NCBI GenBank assembly: GCA_025964395.1
Contig: JAOPYY010000005.1
Coordinates: forward strand, 7,957 to 71,956
Direction of reading: 5' to 3'
Origin: Actinomycetes bacterium
GTDB taxonomy: Bacteria > Actinomycetota > Thermoleophilia > Gaiellales > Gaiellaceae
Length of the DNA: 64,000 bases
The notes under the pieces are model-generated. The model was not told the origin of the DNA. It did not search any database and worked only from the letters and a program-made list of their open reading frames with translations. Position numbers and translations under genes: made by a program. Shown one piece after another: positions 27,401-36,146 of the stretch (position 1 is the stretch's first letter; every line of letters begins with the position of its first letter).

Positions 27401-28701
27401 ACGACCTGCGCGGCGTGCCGAAGCCAGCGCAGGCCGAGCTCGAGGTCGGAGACCGGTACGCGCTCGTTCGCCGAGTGAATCAGACGCGCGGCTGTCTCGG
27501 AGTCCATGTCCCGTGACGGAAAAAAGCCGTAGGCGACCGTGCCGAACGCCTCACGCATCCAGTGCGAGTCGGTGAAGCCGGCGACGCAGATCGGTGCAGC
27601 CGCCGCGCCCGGCTCCTCGGACTCGACGAACGACCGCACCGCATCCCAGAGCGGGCCGCTGATCGGCGAGCGCGTACCGCCGAAGCGCTCGGTGTTCACG
27701 AGCTCGTAGTCGCCCTCGCCGAGCCACGCGCGAATCGTCGCCTCCGCTTCCTCGGGCGTCTGGCCCGGCAGGATCCGGGTATCGACGGTGACCGAGCACA
27801 GCGCGGGAATGATGTTGCGCTTGTCCGAGGCGTGCGCCATCGTCGGCGCGACGGTCATCCACAGCAGCGGCTCGATCAACTCCCCAGCGAGCGGCGCGAC
27901 CTCGCGTGCACGCGCCAACGCATCCGCCGCCGGCGGCACCTCGCCGAACAACGCCGCCAGGAAACCTTCGACCTCCGGGATCAGCTGCGGCTCGGTCTCG
28001 AATGCACCGAGCCGCTCGATCAGCGGCGCCGCCTTGACGAGCGCGTTGTCGGCGATGCTCGGCATCGCTCCGTGGCCGCTTCGACCGCGCACGCGCAGCT
28101 CAAACGGTGAGCTCATCTTCTCAGCCGTCGCGCAGAGATACAGCACTTTGCCCCCGAGCTCGACGCGATCTCCCGCTCCTTCGTTGACGGAGAAGTCCGC
28201 GCGCACCGCGTCCGGATGGGCCTCGACGAGCCATTCCAGGCCGAACCCCGCACCGACCTCCTCGTCGGCCGCCGCGATGAAGATCAGATCGCCGTCGCCG
28301 CGCCAGCCCTCGCGTGCGAGCGTCGCAAGCGCGACCGCCGAGGCGGCCACCTCGCCCTTCATGTCGAGCGCGCCACGTCCCCAGATCTCGCTGCCGGCGA
28401 ACTCGCCGCCGAACGGGTCGCGCTCCCACTCGCTCGCGTCCGCGAGCACGACGTCGGTGTGCGAGAGCATCGCGAGCGATGGACCGCTACCGCGACCGGG
28501 GATGCGCGCGACAAGGTTCGCGCGCTCGGGCACGCGCGCGTAGAGATGGCACTCGACGCCGGCCGCCTCGAGGTAGTCACGCAACAGCTCTGCCGCCAGC
28601 GTTTCGTTGCCCGGCGGGTTCGTCGTGTCGAGACGAATCAGCCGCCGAAGGAGCGCCGCAACTTCCGACTCCGCCGAGCCTACGTCGGCAACCTCGCTCA
28701 C
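27391..28701 (-). CDS. M20/M25/M40 family metallopeptidase
   Basis: SHTDVV, GRGALDMKG and AADEEVG. The GTG start overlaps the upstream stop (GTGA). Confidence 0.8.
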   Translation of the reverse strand: MSEVADVGSAESEVAALLRRLIRLDTTNPPGNETLAAELLRDYLEAAGVECHLYARVPERANLVARIPGRGSGPSLAMLSHTDVVLADASEWERDPFGGEFAGSEIWGRGALDMKGEVAASAVALATLAREGWRGDGDLIFIAAADEEVGAGFGLEWLVEAHPDAVRADFSVNEGAGDRVELGGKVLYLCATAEKMSSPFELRVRGRSGHGAMPSIADNALVKAAPLIERLGAFETEPQLIPEVEGFLAALFGEVPPAADALARAREVAPLAGELIEPLLWMTVAPTMAHASDKRNIIPALCSVTVDTRILPGQTPEEAEATIRAWLGEGDYELVNTERFGGTRSPISGPLWDAVRSFVESEEPGAAAAPICVAGFTDSHWMREAFGTVAYGFFPSRDMDSETAARLIHSANERVPVSDLELGLRWLRHAAQVVCG

Positions 28702-29465
28702 TTCCTGCGGCCGAGCACGAGCAGATAGCGGCGCGGCGCGCGCACGCCGCCGTCCTTCGTCGCATAGCTCTCGTAGAGCTCGACGAACGCGCGGTGAAAC
28801 TCCTCGCGCTTCTTGGGATCGAGTTGCTTGACGAGCGCGATCACCGGTGGGGCCGATTCCGAGAAGAGCTTCCAGATCTCCTCGCCGGACCCCGCCTCGA
28901 GCCAGAGCGTGCCGTCCTCGTATTCCAACTCGAAGTCGTCGCCCAGCATGTCCTCGACGTGGTCCTCGCGGCCCCACTCGTACACCTCGCGCCCCTCGAT
29001 CGGCTCCTCGGAGAAGCGGCGGTAGAGCTCGCCCAGCTTCGGATTCGGTTTCCAGCCGGTGAAGCCGAGGCGTGCGCCCGGGCACGAGACGCGTGCGAGC
29101 TCCGACGCGACATTTGCATGATCGGGCGCCAGGACGAGGCCGAAGTTCGAGACGACGACGTCGAAGCAACCGTCCTCGTACGGCAGGTACTCGACGTCGC
29201 CGAGGTCGAAGGTGATCTGAGCCCCTTCCTCCTTCGCGCGCTCGCGGGCTTTCGCGAGCATCGGCTCCGCGATGTCGAGGCCCGTGACGACGCCGCCGGA
29301 GCGCGCGGCCCGCACGGCCACCTCGCCGGTGCCCGTGGCCAGATCGAGCACACGGTCGCCCTTGGCGATCTGCAGCAGGTTGACGAGCTGGTCCTGGACC
29401 GGGGCCAGGCGTGCGGCCAGCCGCTCGTACGTCCCTGCCCCCCAGACCTCGCTCGCCTCACTCAT
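28698..29465 (-). CDS. class I SAM-dependent methyltransferase
   Basis: Motif I VLDLATGTGEVA, then FDVVVSNFGL. An alternative ATG lies 15 nt upstream at 29480. Confidence 0.75.
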   Translation of the reverse strand: MSEASEVWGAGTYERLAARLAPVQDQLVNLLQIAKGDRVLDLATGTGEVAVRAARSGGVVTGLDIAEPMLAKARERAKEEGAQITFDLGDVEYLPYEDGCFDVVVSNFGLVLAPDHANVASELARVSCPGARLGFTGWKPNPKLGELYRRFSEEPIEGREVYEWGREDHVEDMLGDDFELEYEDGTLWLEAGSGEEIWKLFSESAPPVIALVKQLDPKKREEFHRAFVELYESYATKDGGVRAPRRYLLVLGRRK

Positions 29466-29489
29466 CGCGCTAGAAAGCATACTTTCGGC

Positions 29490-30800
29490 GTGGGTGACCT
29501 CTTGTCCGAGGCCGCGGGCCGCCGCCTCGGCGCCTCGGCCCCTCTCGCGCAGCGGCTGCGGCCGGCGACGCTCGACGACTTCGTCGGCCAGGAGCACGTG
29601 ATCGGGCCTGGCCGGGCGCTGCGTCTCGCGATCGAACAGGACCGCGTGCCGTCGATGATCCTCTACGGGCCGCCGGGCTCCGGGAAGACGACGCTCGCAC
29701 GGATCGTCGCGCACACGACCGGCGCGGAGTTCGAAGAGCTCTCTGCCGTGCAGGCGACGGTGGCGAACGTGCGCGAAGTGTTGAAGCAGGCGCGCGAGCG
29801 GCTCGGTACGAGCAGCCGGCGCACGATCCTCTTCCTCGACGAGATCCATCGGTTCAACAAGGCGCAGCAGGACGCGCTGCTCCCCGGCGTCGAGGAGGGC
29901 CTCGTCACGCTGATCGGCGCGACGACCGAGAACCCGTACTTCGAAGTGAACTCGGCGCTGCTCTCACGCGCGCAGGTGTACGAGCTCGAGCCGCACTCCG
30001 TCGAGACGCTGCAAGGCGTCGTGCGACGCGGCGCGGCGGAGCTCAAGACAGAGGTCTCCGACGAGGTGGAGGAGATGATCGCGGCGCGCGCCGGCGGCGA
30101 CGCGCGCAACGCGCTCAACATCCTCGAATTGTCCGTTGAGACGGCGCGTGCCGAGGGCGTCCCACTCGAGGAGCGCCATGTCGACGACGCCGCACGCAAG
30201 CGGCCACTCGCCTACGACAAGGGTGGTGACCGCCACTACGACTTCATCTCGGCGTGGATCAAGTCGACGCGTTCGGGCGACGTGCAGGCGTCCGTCTACT
30301 ACCTCGCGGCAATGCTCGAGGGCGGAGAGGATGCGCGCTTCATCGTGCGGCGCATGATCGTGCTCGCATCCGAGGACATCGGCAACGCCGATCCGCAGGC
30401 GCTGCTCGTCGCCGTCGCGGCCGCGCAGGCGGTTGAGCACGTCGGCCTGCCCGAAGCGCGGCTCAACCTCGCGCAGGCTGCGATCTACCTGGCGCGCGCG
30501 CCGAAGTCGAACGCGTCGTACGTCGCAATCGGCAAGGCGACGCAAGACGTGCGCGAGCACGGTCACCTGATGCCGCCCGCGGCCCTGCGCTCGGCGGCGT
30601 ACGCCGGCGCAAAGAAGCTCGGCCGTGGCGAGGGGTACATCTATCCGCACGCGAACGACGCGGGCTTCGAGGTCGACTGCCTGCCGGAGAAGCTGGCCGG
30701 CTCCGTCTACTACGAGCCGTCGGGGATCGGCGACGAGGTCGACGTCGAGCGGAGCGCTAGAGCGCGGCCTGCAAAGCCGCCTCGAACTGCTCCAGAGTAA
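29490..30800 (+). CDS. rarA: replication-associated recombination protein A (AAA+)
   Basis: LRPATLDDFVGQEH, GPPGSGKTT, LFLDEIHRFNKAQQDALLP and ATTENPYFEV. The GTG start follows CATACT plus a 6-nt spacer. Confidence 0.85.
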   Translation: MGDLLSEAAGRRLGASAPLAQRLRPATLDDFVGQEHVIGPGRALRLAIEQDRVPSMILYGPPGSGKTTLARIVAHTTGAEFEELSAVQATVANVREVLKQARERLGTSSRRTILFLDEIHRFNKAQQDALLPGVEEGLVTLIGATTENPYFEVNSALLSRAQVYELEPHSVETLQGVVRRGAAELKTEVSDEVEEMIAARAGGDARNALNILELSVETARAEGVPLEERHVDDAARKRPLAYDKGGDRHYDFISAWIKSTRSGDVQASVYYLAAMLEGGEDARFIVRRMIVLASEDIGNADPQALLVAVAAAQAVEHVGLPEARLNLAQAAIYLARAPKSNASYVAIGKATQDVREHGHLMPPAALRSAAYAGAKKLGRGEGYIYPHANDAGFEVDCLPEKLAGSVYYEPSGIGDEVDVERSARARPAKPPRTAPE

Positions 30801-30811
30801 CCGGCTCCGGC

Positions 30812-31717
30812 TTACAGAATGCGGGCGCCAAGGGCGCTCGCGACCAGTTCGACGGCAAGCGTGCCGGTCTCGTTCTCGCGGTCGAGGATCGGATTGACCT
30901 CGACGACCTCGAGCGAATCGAGGCGGTTCGACTCCGCGAGCAGCTCCATCGCGAGGTGCGCCTCGCGGTAGGAGAGGCCTCCGCGCACCGGCGTGCCAAC
31001 CCCGGGCGCGAACATCGGATCGACGGCGTCCAGGTCGAGGCTCAGGTGCAGGAACGGCGCGCCCGCCAGGAACTCGAGCGACTCGGTCAGCACCCGCTCC
31101 ATCCCGAGCCGGTCGACCTCGTTCATCGTGTAGACGCGGACATCGAGCTCGCCGATCAACGCCCGCTCGCCCGGATCGAGTGAACGGATGCCGATCAGCG
31201 CGGCACGCGTCACGGACGGCGTCGGATAGACGTCGCTCTCGAAGGCCTCGCCTGCGACACCGAGCGCAGCTGCGAGCGGCATGCCGTGGACGTTGCCGCT
31301 CGGCGAGGTGCTCGGCCGGTTGAGATCGCCGTGCGCATCGATCCAAAGGGCTGCGCCGGCGCCGCGCGCCTTGGCCATGCCGCCCAGCGTTCCCATCGCG
31401 ATCGAGTGGTCGCCGCCGAGCACGAGCGGCAGGAAGCCCTGGCCGACCGCGTCCTCGACGAGCGCTCCGACCTTCTCGCACGCCTGCTTGATCGGTGCGA
31501 GGTACCGGCAGGTCGCGTCGCCCTCCTCCGTCGCCTCCGGAACGGGAGAGCGCACGTCGCCCCAGTCTGCAACGTCGCGCCCGAGCGCCCGGATCCGCGA
31601 TTCCAAGCCGGCGTAGCGGATCGCCGAGGGCCCCATGTCGACGCCGCGGCGCCCGGCGCCCAGGTCGAGGCCTGCCCCGATGATCGCGACGGGCCGCGGG
31701 GTATCCAGTGCGGACAT
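30812..31717 (-). CDS. rocF: arginase
   Basis: GGDHSIA, DAHGDLN, SGNVHGMPLA and SLDLDAVDP. Confidence 0.85.
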   Translation of the reverse strand: MSALDTPRPVAIIGAGLDLGAGRRGVDMGPSAIRYAGLESRIRALGRDVADWGDVRSPVPEATEEGDATCRYLAPIKQACEKVGALVEDAVGQGFLPLVLGGDHSIAMGTLGGMAKARGAGAALWIDAHGDLNRPSTSPSGNVHGMPLAAALGVAGEAFESDVYPTPSVTRAALIGIRSLDPGERALIGELDVRVYTMNEVDRLGMERVLTESLEFLAGAPFLHLSLDLDAVDPMFAPGVGTPVRGGLSYREAHLAMELLAESNRLDSLEVVEVNPILDRENETGTLAVELVASALGARIL

Positions 31718-31727
31718 CAGGAAGACA

Positions 31728-32969
31728 CTAGACGGCCCAGGAGGCGCGGAACTTCAGCTGCGCCGCGGTGGGGTCGTCGAGCTCGATGCCGAGCGTCGCG
31801 AGCTTCGTCCGTGCGATCAGATCGTCGAGCTCGTCGGGAAAGCGGTTGAGGCCTGCTGGGACGCCGCCCGAGGCGAGCAGGTGCGCGGACAACGCTTGCA
31901 CGGAAAACGAGAGATCCATGATCTCGATCGGGTTGCCGTCGCCCCCGGCGATGTTGACGAGCGCGCCGTCGACGAGCACGTGCACGCGCCGGTTGCCGAG
32001 CACGTACGTCTTGACCTTCGGGCGCGCGTCGATCACCTCGTCCGCCTCTGCTGCAAGTGCGGGCACGTCGATCTCGCGGTCGTGGTGGCCTGCGTTCGCG
32101 AGCAGCGCGCCGTCCTTCAGGTACGCGAACGCATCGGCGCCGATCGCTTCGATCAGACCGGTCGCGGTGATCACCACGTCGGCGTCGGGGAGCGCGTCCG
32201 CGAGTGAGGCGACGCGGTAGCCGTCCATGTGCGCAGTCAGCGCGCGCACGGGATCGAGCTCGACAACCGTGACGCGACCGCCGAGGCCGTCTGCGGCACG
32301 CGCGAGGCCCTTGCCGACCCAGCCGTACCCGACGATGCAGAACTCGCGGCCGGCAGCCAGCACGTTCGTGAGCGCGAGCAGCGCGGTCAGCGTCGTCTGG
32401 CCGGTGCCGTACGGGTTGTCGAACATGTGCTTGCACTTCGCGTCGTTCGCGGCGATCGCCGGAAACGGGAGGCGACCTTCGGCTTCGAGCGCGCGCAGCC
32501 GCGCGACGCCGGTGGTCGTCTCCTCACTCACGCCCTGCAGCCGCTCGTACAGATCGGGCCGGTGCTCCGCCGTGCGGCGCGTCAACTCAAGGCCGTCGTC
32601 GATTACGAGCTCCGGTCCCGTCTCGGCGACCGCGAGCAGGTCGGCGGTGAACTCGTCCTGCGAGACGCCGTGACGTGCGTGCACCTCGATGCCGCGCTCG
32701 ACGAGCGCCGCACACACGGCGTCCTGCGTCGAGAGCGGATTGCTGCCGGCAGCGACGACGTGCGCGCCCGCCTCCTGCAGCGCGAGCACGAGGCACGCGG
32801 TCTTCGCCTCGAGGTGGACGACGACGGCCAGCTTTCGACCCTCGAGCGCACCGTCTCCGAGCCGGTCGCGGAGCGCAGCGAGAACCGGCATGTGCTGGCG
32901 CGCCCACTCGATGCGCCGGTGCCCCTCGGGCGCGAGGCCAGGATCAGCGATACGGGAAGTGGTCGTCAC
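31728..32969 (-). CDS. ahcY: adenosylhomocysteinase (short type)
   Basis: EETTTGV, KCKHMFDNPYGTGQ and the NAD site GYGWVGKG. The GTG start is the first start codon after the A/T island. Confidence 0.85.
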   Translation of the reverse strand: MTTTSRIADPGLAPEGHRRIEWARQHMPVLAALRDRLGDGALEGRKLAVVVHLEAKTACLVLALQEAGAHVVAAGSNPLSTQDAVCAALVERGIEVHARHGVSQDEFTADLLAVAETGPELVIDDGLELTRRTAEHRPDLYERLQGVSEETTTGVARLRALEAEGRLPFPAIAANDAKCKHMFDNPYGTGQTTLTALLALTNVLAAGREFCIVGYGWVGKGLARAADGLGGRVTVVELDPVRALTAHMDGYRVASLADALPDADVVITATGLIEAIGADAFAYLKDGALLANAGHHDREIDVPALAAEADEVIDARPKVKTYVLGNRRVHVLVDGALVNIAGGDGNPIEIMDLSFSVQALSAHLLASGGVPAGLNRFPDELDDLIARTKLATLGIELDDPTAAQLKFRASWAV

Positions 32970-33025
32970 AAAATAAAAAAATAGAGTCCGGACTGTCCGG
33001 CCCCCGCAGCACGGCCGGCTGCGGG
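32970..33025 (-). promoter_or_regulatory. two hairpins plus a 14-nt pure A/T tract between tRNA-Phe and ahcY (terminator-like and/or ahcY -10)
   Basis: The sense strand reads CCCGCAGC-CGGCCGT-GCUGCGGG, then CCGGACAGUCCGG, then ACUC-UAUUUUUUUAUUUU-GUG. TATTTT lies 8 nt upstream of the start. Confidence 0.4.
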
Positions 33026-33047
33026 TTCCGCTTGCAGTAGTAACGAA

Positions 33048-33120
33048 TGGCCAGGGCCGGACTTGAACCGGCGACACCACGGTTTTCAGCCGTGTGCTCT
33101 ACCAACTGAGCTACCTGGCC
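33048..33120 (-). tRNA. tRNA-Phe (anticodon GAA)
   Basis: 73-nt cloverleaf: acceptor GGCCAGG/CCTGGCC, anticodon loop CTGAAAA, T-loop TTCAAGT. CCA is not encoded. Confidence 0.95.
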
Positions 33121-33147
33121 CCAGGAATACAGCGCGGCCCAGTGTAA

Positions 33148-33741
33148 CTACGCCCGCCGAGCGAGCAACGAGACGCCGGTGCCCGCCTCGAAGTCCGCAA
33201 CGTGCAGGAACCCCCGCCGCTGCAGCTCGTCCCGGACACGCTCGAGCGGCACCCAGATCGGGGTGTTCGGCCCCATGCTGTAGGCGATCGCGAGGTACCC
33301 GCCGACCGCAGTGACGCGGGCGAGCTCGTCGAAGAACGGGATCATGTTGTTCAGCGTCACGAGATCGAACGATGCGTCGTCGTAGGGCAGCGCCGACGCG
33401 TCGCCGACGTCGTAGCGCTCCTGCCCGAGACGCCGGGCCTCCGCGATCATCCCGGGTGATACGTCGACGCCCGTCACCTCGGCGGACGGCCAGCGTTCGC
33501 CGATCAAGCGTGCGACCGCACCGGTTCCGGTCCCGACGTCAAGTGCGCGTTCGGGTGTATCGGTCGCATCGAGCGCGGCGATCATCGCGACAAGCCGGTC
33601 GCGGCTGACGCGCGTCGCGTCCCACTCCGGTGCGAGCTGGTCGAAGTTCCGCCTCATGCGCCCGCGGAAGAGGCGCCAGAGGAACGGTGCTCGGACAACG
33701 ACGTCGGTGACGAAGCGCGCAAAGCGCTGGCCGAGCGTCAC
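33148..33741 (-). CDS. class I SAM-dependent methyltransferase
   Basis: Motif I ALDVGTGTGAVA, then FDLVTLNN. 4-nt overlap with the upstream gene. Confidence 0.75.
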   Translation of the reverse strand: MTLGQRFARFVTDVVVRAPFLWRLFRGRMRRNFDQLAPEWDATRVSRDRLVAMIAALDATDTPERALDVGTGTGAVARLIGERWPSAEVTGVDVSPGMIAEARRLGQERYDVGDASALPYDDASFDLVTLNNMIPFFDELARVTAVGGYLAIAYSMGPNTPIWVPLERVRDELQRRGFLHVADFEAGTGVSLLARRA

Positions 33742-34535
33742 ACGACCGCGATCCGCAACTCGTCGCCGACACCGACGCCCGTCAACCGGGCGGCGTTGCC
33801 GTTGCTGATCGCAAGCGTCACCAGACCGTACGAATCCTCGTAGAGGATCAGCTCGCCGGGTGCAGCATCGGCAAAGGTGTCCGCGAGGACCGCGTAGTAG
33901 CGCTCGAACGTCAGGCGGACCTCGACGCGATCGCCGCGCACGACGCCGAGCCTGGCGACGTGGTCGGTACGCATGTTCGTTGCGACATTGCCGAAGCGGT
34001 CCACTCCGACGACGCTGGCGGAGATCCGGGACGTCCCGACGCTCGGGTCCGGTACCGCGACCCGCACAAGGCCGGCCGGATCGATCGCAGGGCCGAGCTC
34101 GTCGATCGCAACGCCTGCGGCGAGATGCGCGGCCGCGGGGGAAAAGATGTCGCGCGCATGGAACGTGCGCGAGACGTCCGGCAGCCGGTAGCGCTCGTCG
34201 ACGAGCTCGTACGCGGCTTCGATGCCGAGCTCGTCGGCGGCAAGGCTCAGGAGGCCGTTGTCGGGCCCGATGAAGGTGCGCCCGTCGGCCGTGCGCACAG
34301 CGAGCGGGCGACGGTGGCTACCCACGCCGGGATCGACAACCGCGAGGTGCACGCCGACGGGCATGTACCTCGTCGTGCTGCGCAGCACGAGCGCTCCCTG
34401 CAGGATCGCCTGCGGGGGGATGCCGTGCGTCACGTCGATCACGCGAGCGTCCGGCGCGATCCGTGCCATCACGCCGTGGCAAGTACCGACGAAGTCGTCC
34501 TCCAGGCCGAAGTCGGTGAGGAAGGTGATCACCAC
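33738..34535 (-). CDS. SAM hydroxide adenosyltransferase family protein (DUF62, SAM hydrolase)
   Basis: N-terminus ITFLTDFGLEDDFVG..HGV, then VVDPGVGS and IGPDNGLLS. Confidence 0.8.
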   Translation of the reverse strand: MVITFLTDFGLEDDFVGTCHGVMARIAPDARVIDVTHGIPPQAILQGALVLRSTTRYMPVGVHLAVVDPGVGSHRRPLAVRTADGRTFIGPDNGLLSLAADELGIEAAYELVDERYRLPDVSRTFHARDIFSPAAAHLAAGVAIDELGPAIDPAGLVRVAVPDPSVGTSRISASVVGVDRFGNVATNMRTDHVARLGVVRGDRVEVRLTFERYYAVLADTFADAAPGELILYEDSYGLVTLAISNGNAARLTGVGVGDELRIAVV

Positions 34536-35173
34536 GGGCGGGAGTTCATCAGATCGCGCACCGCGGCGACGAGCCCTGCGAGATCGTGCGTCGGCGCCTC
34601 GCCGACGACCTCCAGCCCGACCGAACGTGCGACGCGGGTCGTCTCGGGCCCAATGCTCACCGCCGGCGCCGACCCGCCGACGCCCGCGTACGCGCGGGCG
34701 GCAGAACCGGAGGCGAGCACGACGGCGTCGCCGTCGGGCGGATCCGGTGTGAGGAGCCGCGTCCGGTAGAGCGGGACGAAGTCGGCCTGGAGCTCGTCGA
34801 TCGGGCGCCTACGCGCGCCCTCTGCCGCGGCAAAGAGCACACGGCCGGTCGGGCGCGGGAACTCGCGCAACAAGCCCTCCTGCGACGACTCGCGCGGCAC
34901 GAACGCCGCCTCGATCCCGTGCTCGCGCAGCGCCTCCGCGGTGCCAGGCCCGACGGCGGCAATGCGCGGCAGGTTGATGGCGCGCCGAGCTACCTCGTCG
35001 GCGCCGTTGGGGCTGGTGACGATCAGCCAGTCGTACCCCGTACCGTCGATCGGCTCATCCGACGTGCGCTCGATCTCGATCAGCGGGCACTCGACGACCT
35101 CGGCGCCGATTGCCTCGAGTGCTGCGACGAGCGGCCGCGCCTGACTACGCGGCCGGGTCACGATCACCCTCAT
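34529..35173 (-). CDS. hemD: uroporphyrinogen-III synthase
   Basis: MRVIVTRP..., WLIVTSPNGA and AVGPGTAEAL. Lies downstream of hemA and hemC. Confidence 0.75.
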   Translation of the reverse strand: MRVIVTRPRSQARPLVAALEAIGAEVVECPLIEIERTSDEPIDGTGYDWLIVTSPNGADEVARRAINLPRIAAVGPGTAEALREHGIEAAFVPRESSQEGLLREFPRPTGRVLFAAAEGARRRPIDELQADFVPLYRTRLLTPDPPDGDAVVLASGSAARAYAGVGGSAPAVSIGPETTRVARSVGLEVVGEAPTHDLAGLVAAVRDLMNSRPW

Positions 35174-35195
35174 CGCAGCATTCAAACCCGTGCTT

Positions 35196-36026
35196 TCAAA
35201 CCCGTGCGGCGAGGCCCGCGAGCTCTTCCGCGAGCGCGACCGGGTCGTCGCCACTGCGACGCACGACCCATGCGCCGTCCTCGTCGGCGATCAACGCATG
35301 CAAGGTCGTCCCGTCGTGATGTGCGGCCACCGGCGCGAGGCAGCCGGCGCCGATCAGCGCGACGCAGGCGCGCTCCGGCTCCACGCGGCGGCGCGTCTCG
35401 GCGTGATCCGCGTGCGCGACGAGCTCCTCCTCGCCCGCGCGCACCTGCAGTGCAAGCGCCCCCTGGGCGGCCTCGGGCAGCATCAGCTCCGGATCGAGGC
35501 GCAGGCCGATCTCACCCGCGAGCCCCAGCCGGTCGAGCCCGCACGAGGCGAGAATGATCGCGTCGAGCGCGCGTTCGCGCATCTTCCGCAGCCGAGTCTC
35601 GACGTTGCCGCGCATCGGCTCGACCGAGATCGTCGGCTCTGCCGCGAGCAACTGCGCGCGCCGCCGCACGGACGCGGTGCCGATGCGCATGCCCGGCCGC
35701 AGCTCGCCGGCGCCGACGAGCGCGTCCCGCGGGTCGTCGCGCTCGAGGTACGCGCCGATCGCGAGCCCTTCGGTGTCATCGGAGGTCATGTCCTTCGCCG
35801 AGTGCACGGCGACGTCGATGCGACCGGCGAGCAGTGCCTCCTCAATCTCCTTCACGAAGACTCCGCGCTCGCCGATCTGCCCGAAGGGGCTCGTGCGATC
35901 TCGGTCGCCTGCGGTCGTAATCGGAACGAACGCGATCTCGATGCCCGAGCCGCGCAGCAGCTCGGCGGCCTGCTCGGCCTGAGTGAGCGCGAGCCTAGAT
36001 CCGCGAGACCCGATGCGAACGAGCAC
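35196..36026 (-). CDS. hemC: porphobilinogen deaminase (hydroxymethylbilane synthase)
   Basis: RIGSRGSRLALTQA, GVFVKEIEEALL..IDVAVHSAKD and RGNVETRL. GGGAGG lies 7 nt upstream of the GTG at 36026. Confidence 0.85.
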   Translation of the reverse strand: MLVRIGSRGSRLALTQAEQAAELLRGSGIEIAFVPITTAGDRDRTSPFGQIGERGVFVKEIEEALLAGRIDVAVHSAKDMTSDDTEGLAIGAYLERDDPRDALVGAGELRPGMRIGTASVRRRAQLLAAEPTISVEPMRGNVETRLRKMRERALDAIILASCGLDRLGLAGEIGLRLDPELMLPEAAQGALALQVRAGEEELVAHADHAETRRRVEPERACVALIGAGCLAPVAAHHDGTTLHALIADEDGAWVVRRSGDDPVALAEELAGLAARV

Positions 36027-36146
36027 AGCCCGACCTCCCAACACGCTTGCTCCGTCCACACTGCGGGTGGCCGAACTTGATCCGCATGAACGCCGACGGC
36101 GCCACGATCGGGAGCGGCCGCTCAATACGACGATCCTTGTCAGGCG

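Noticed and set aside
32970-33047. SAH riboswitch upstream of ahcY.
   Set aside because: The spacer shows two simple hairpins and an A/T tract. I could not find the conserved pseudoknot-forming segments I remember for the SAH riboswitch. This needs a cmscan to be definitive.
36027-36146. Longer hemC starting at TTG 36125, or a regulatory element in the 120-nt hemA-hemC spacer.
   Set aside because: The extra codons have mixed third positions and give an Arg/Ser-rich translation. The GTG at 36026 has a GGGAGG SD. I found no convincing structure or repeat in the spacer.
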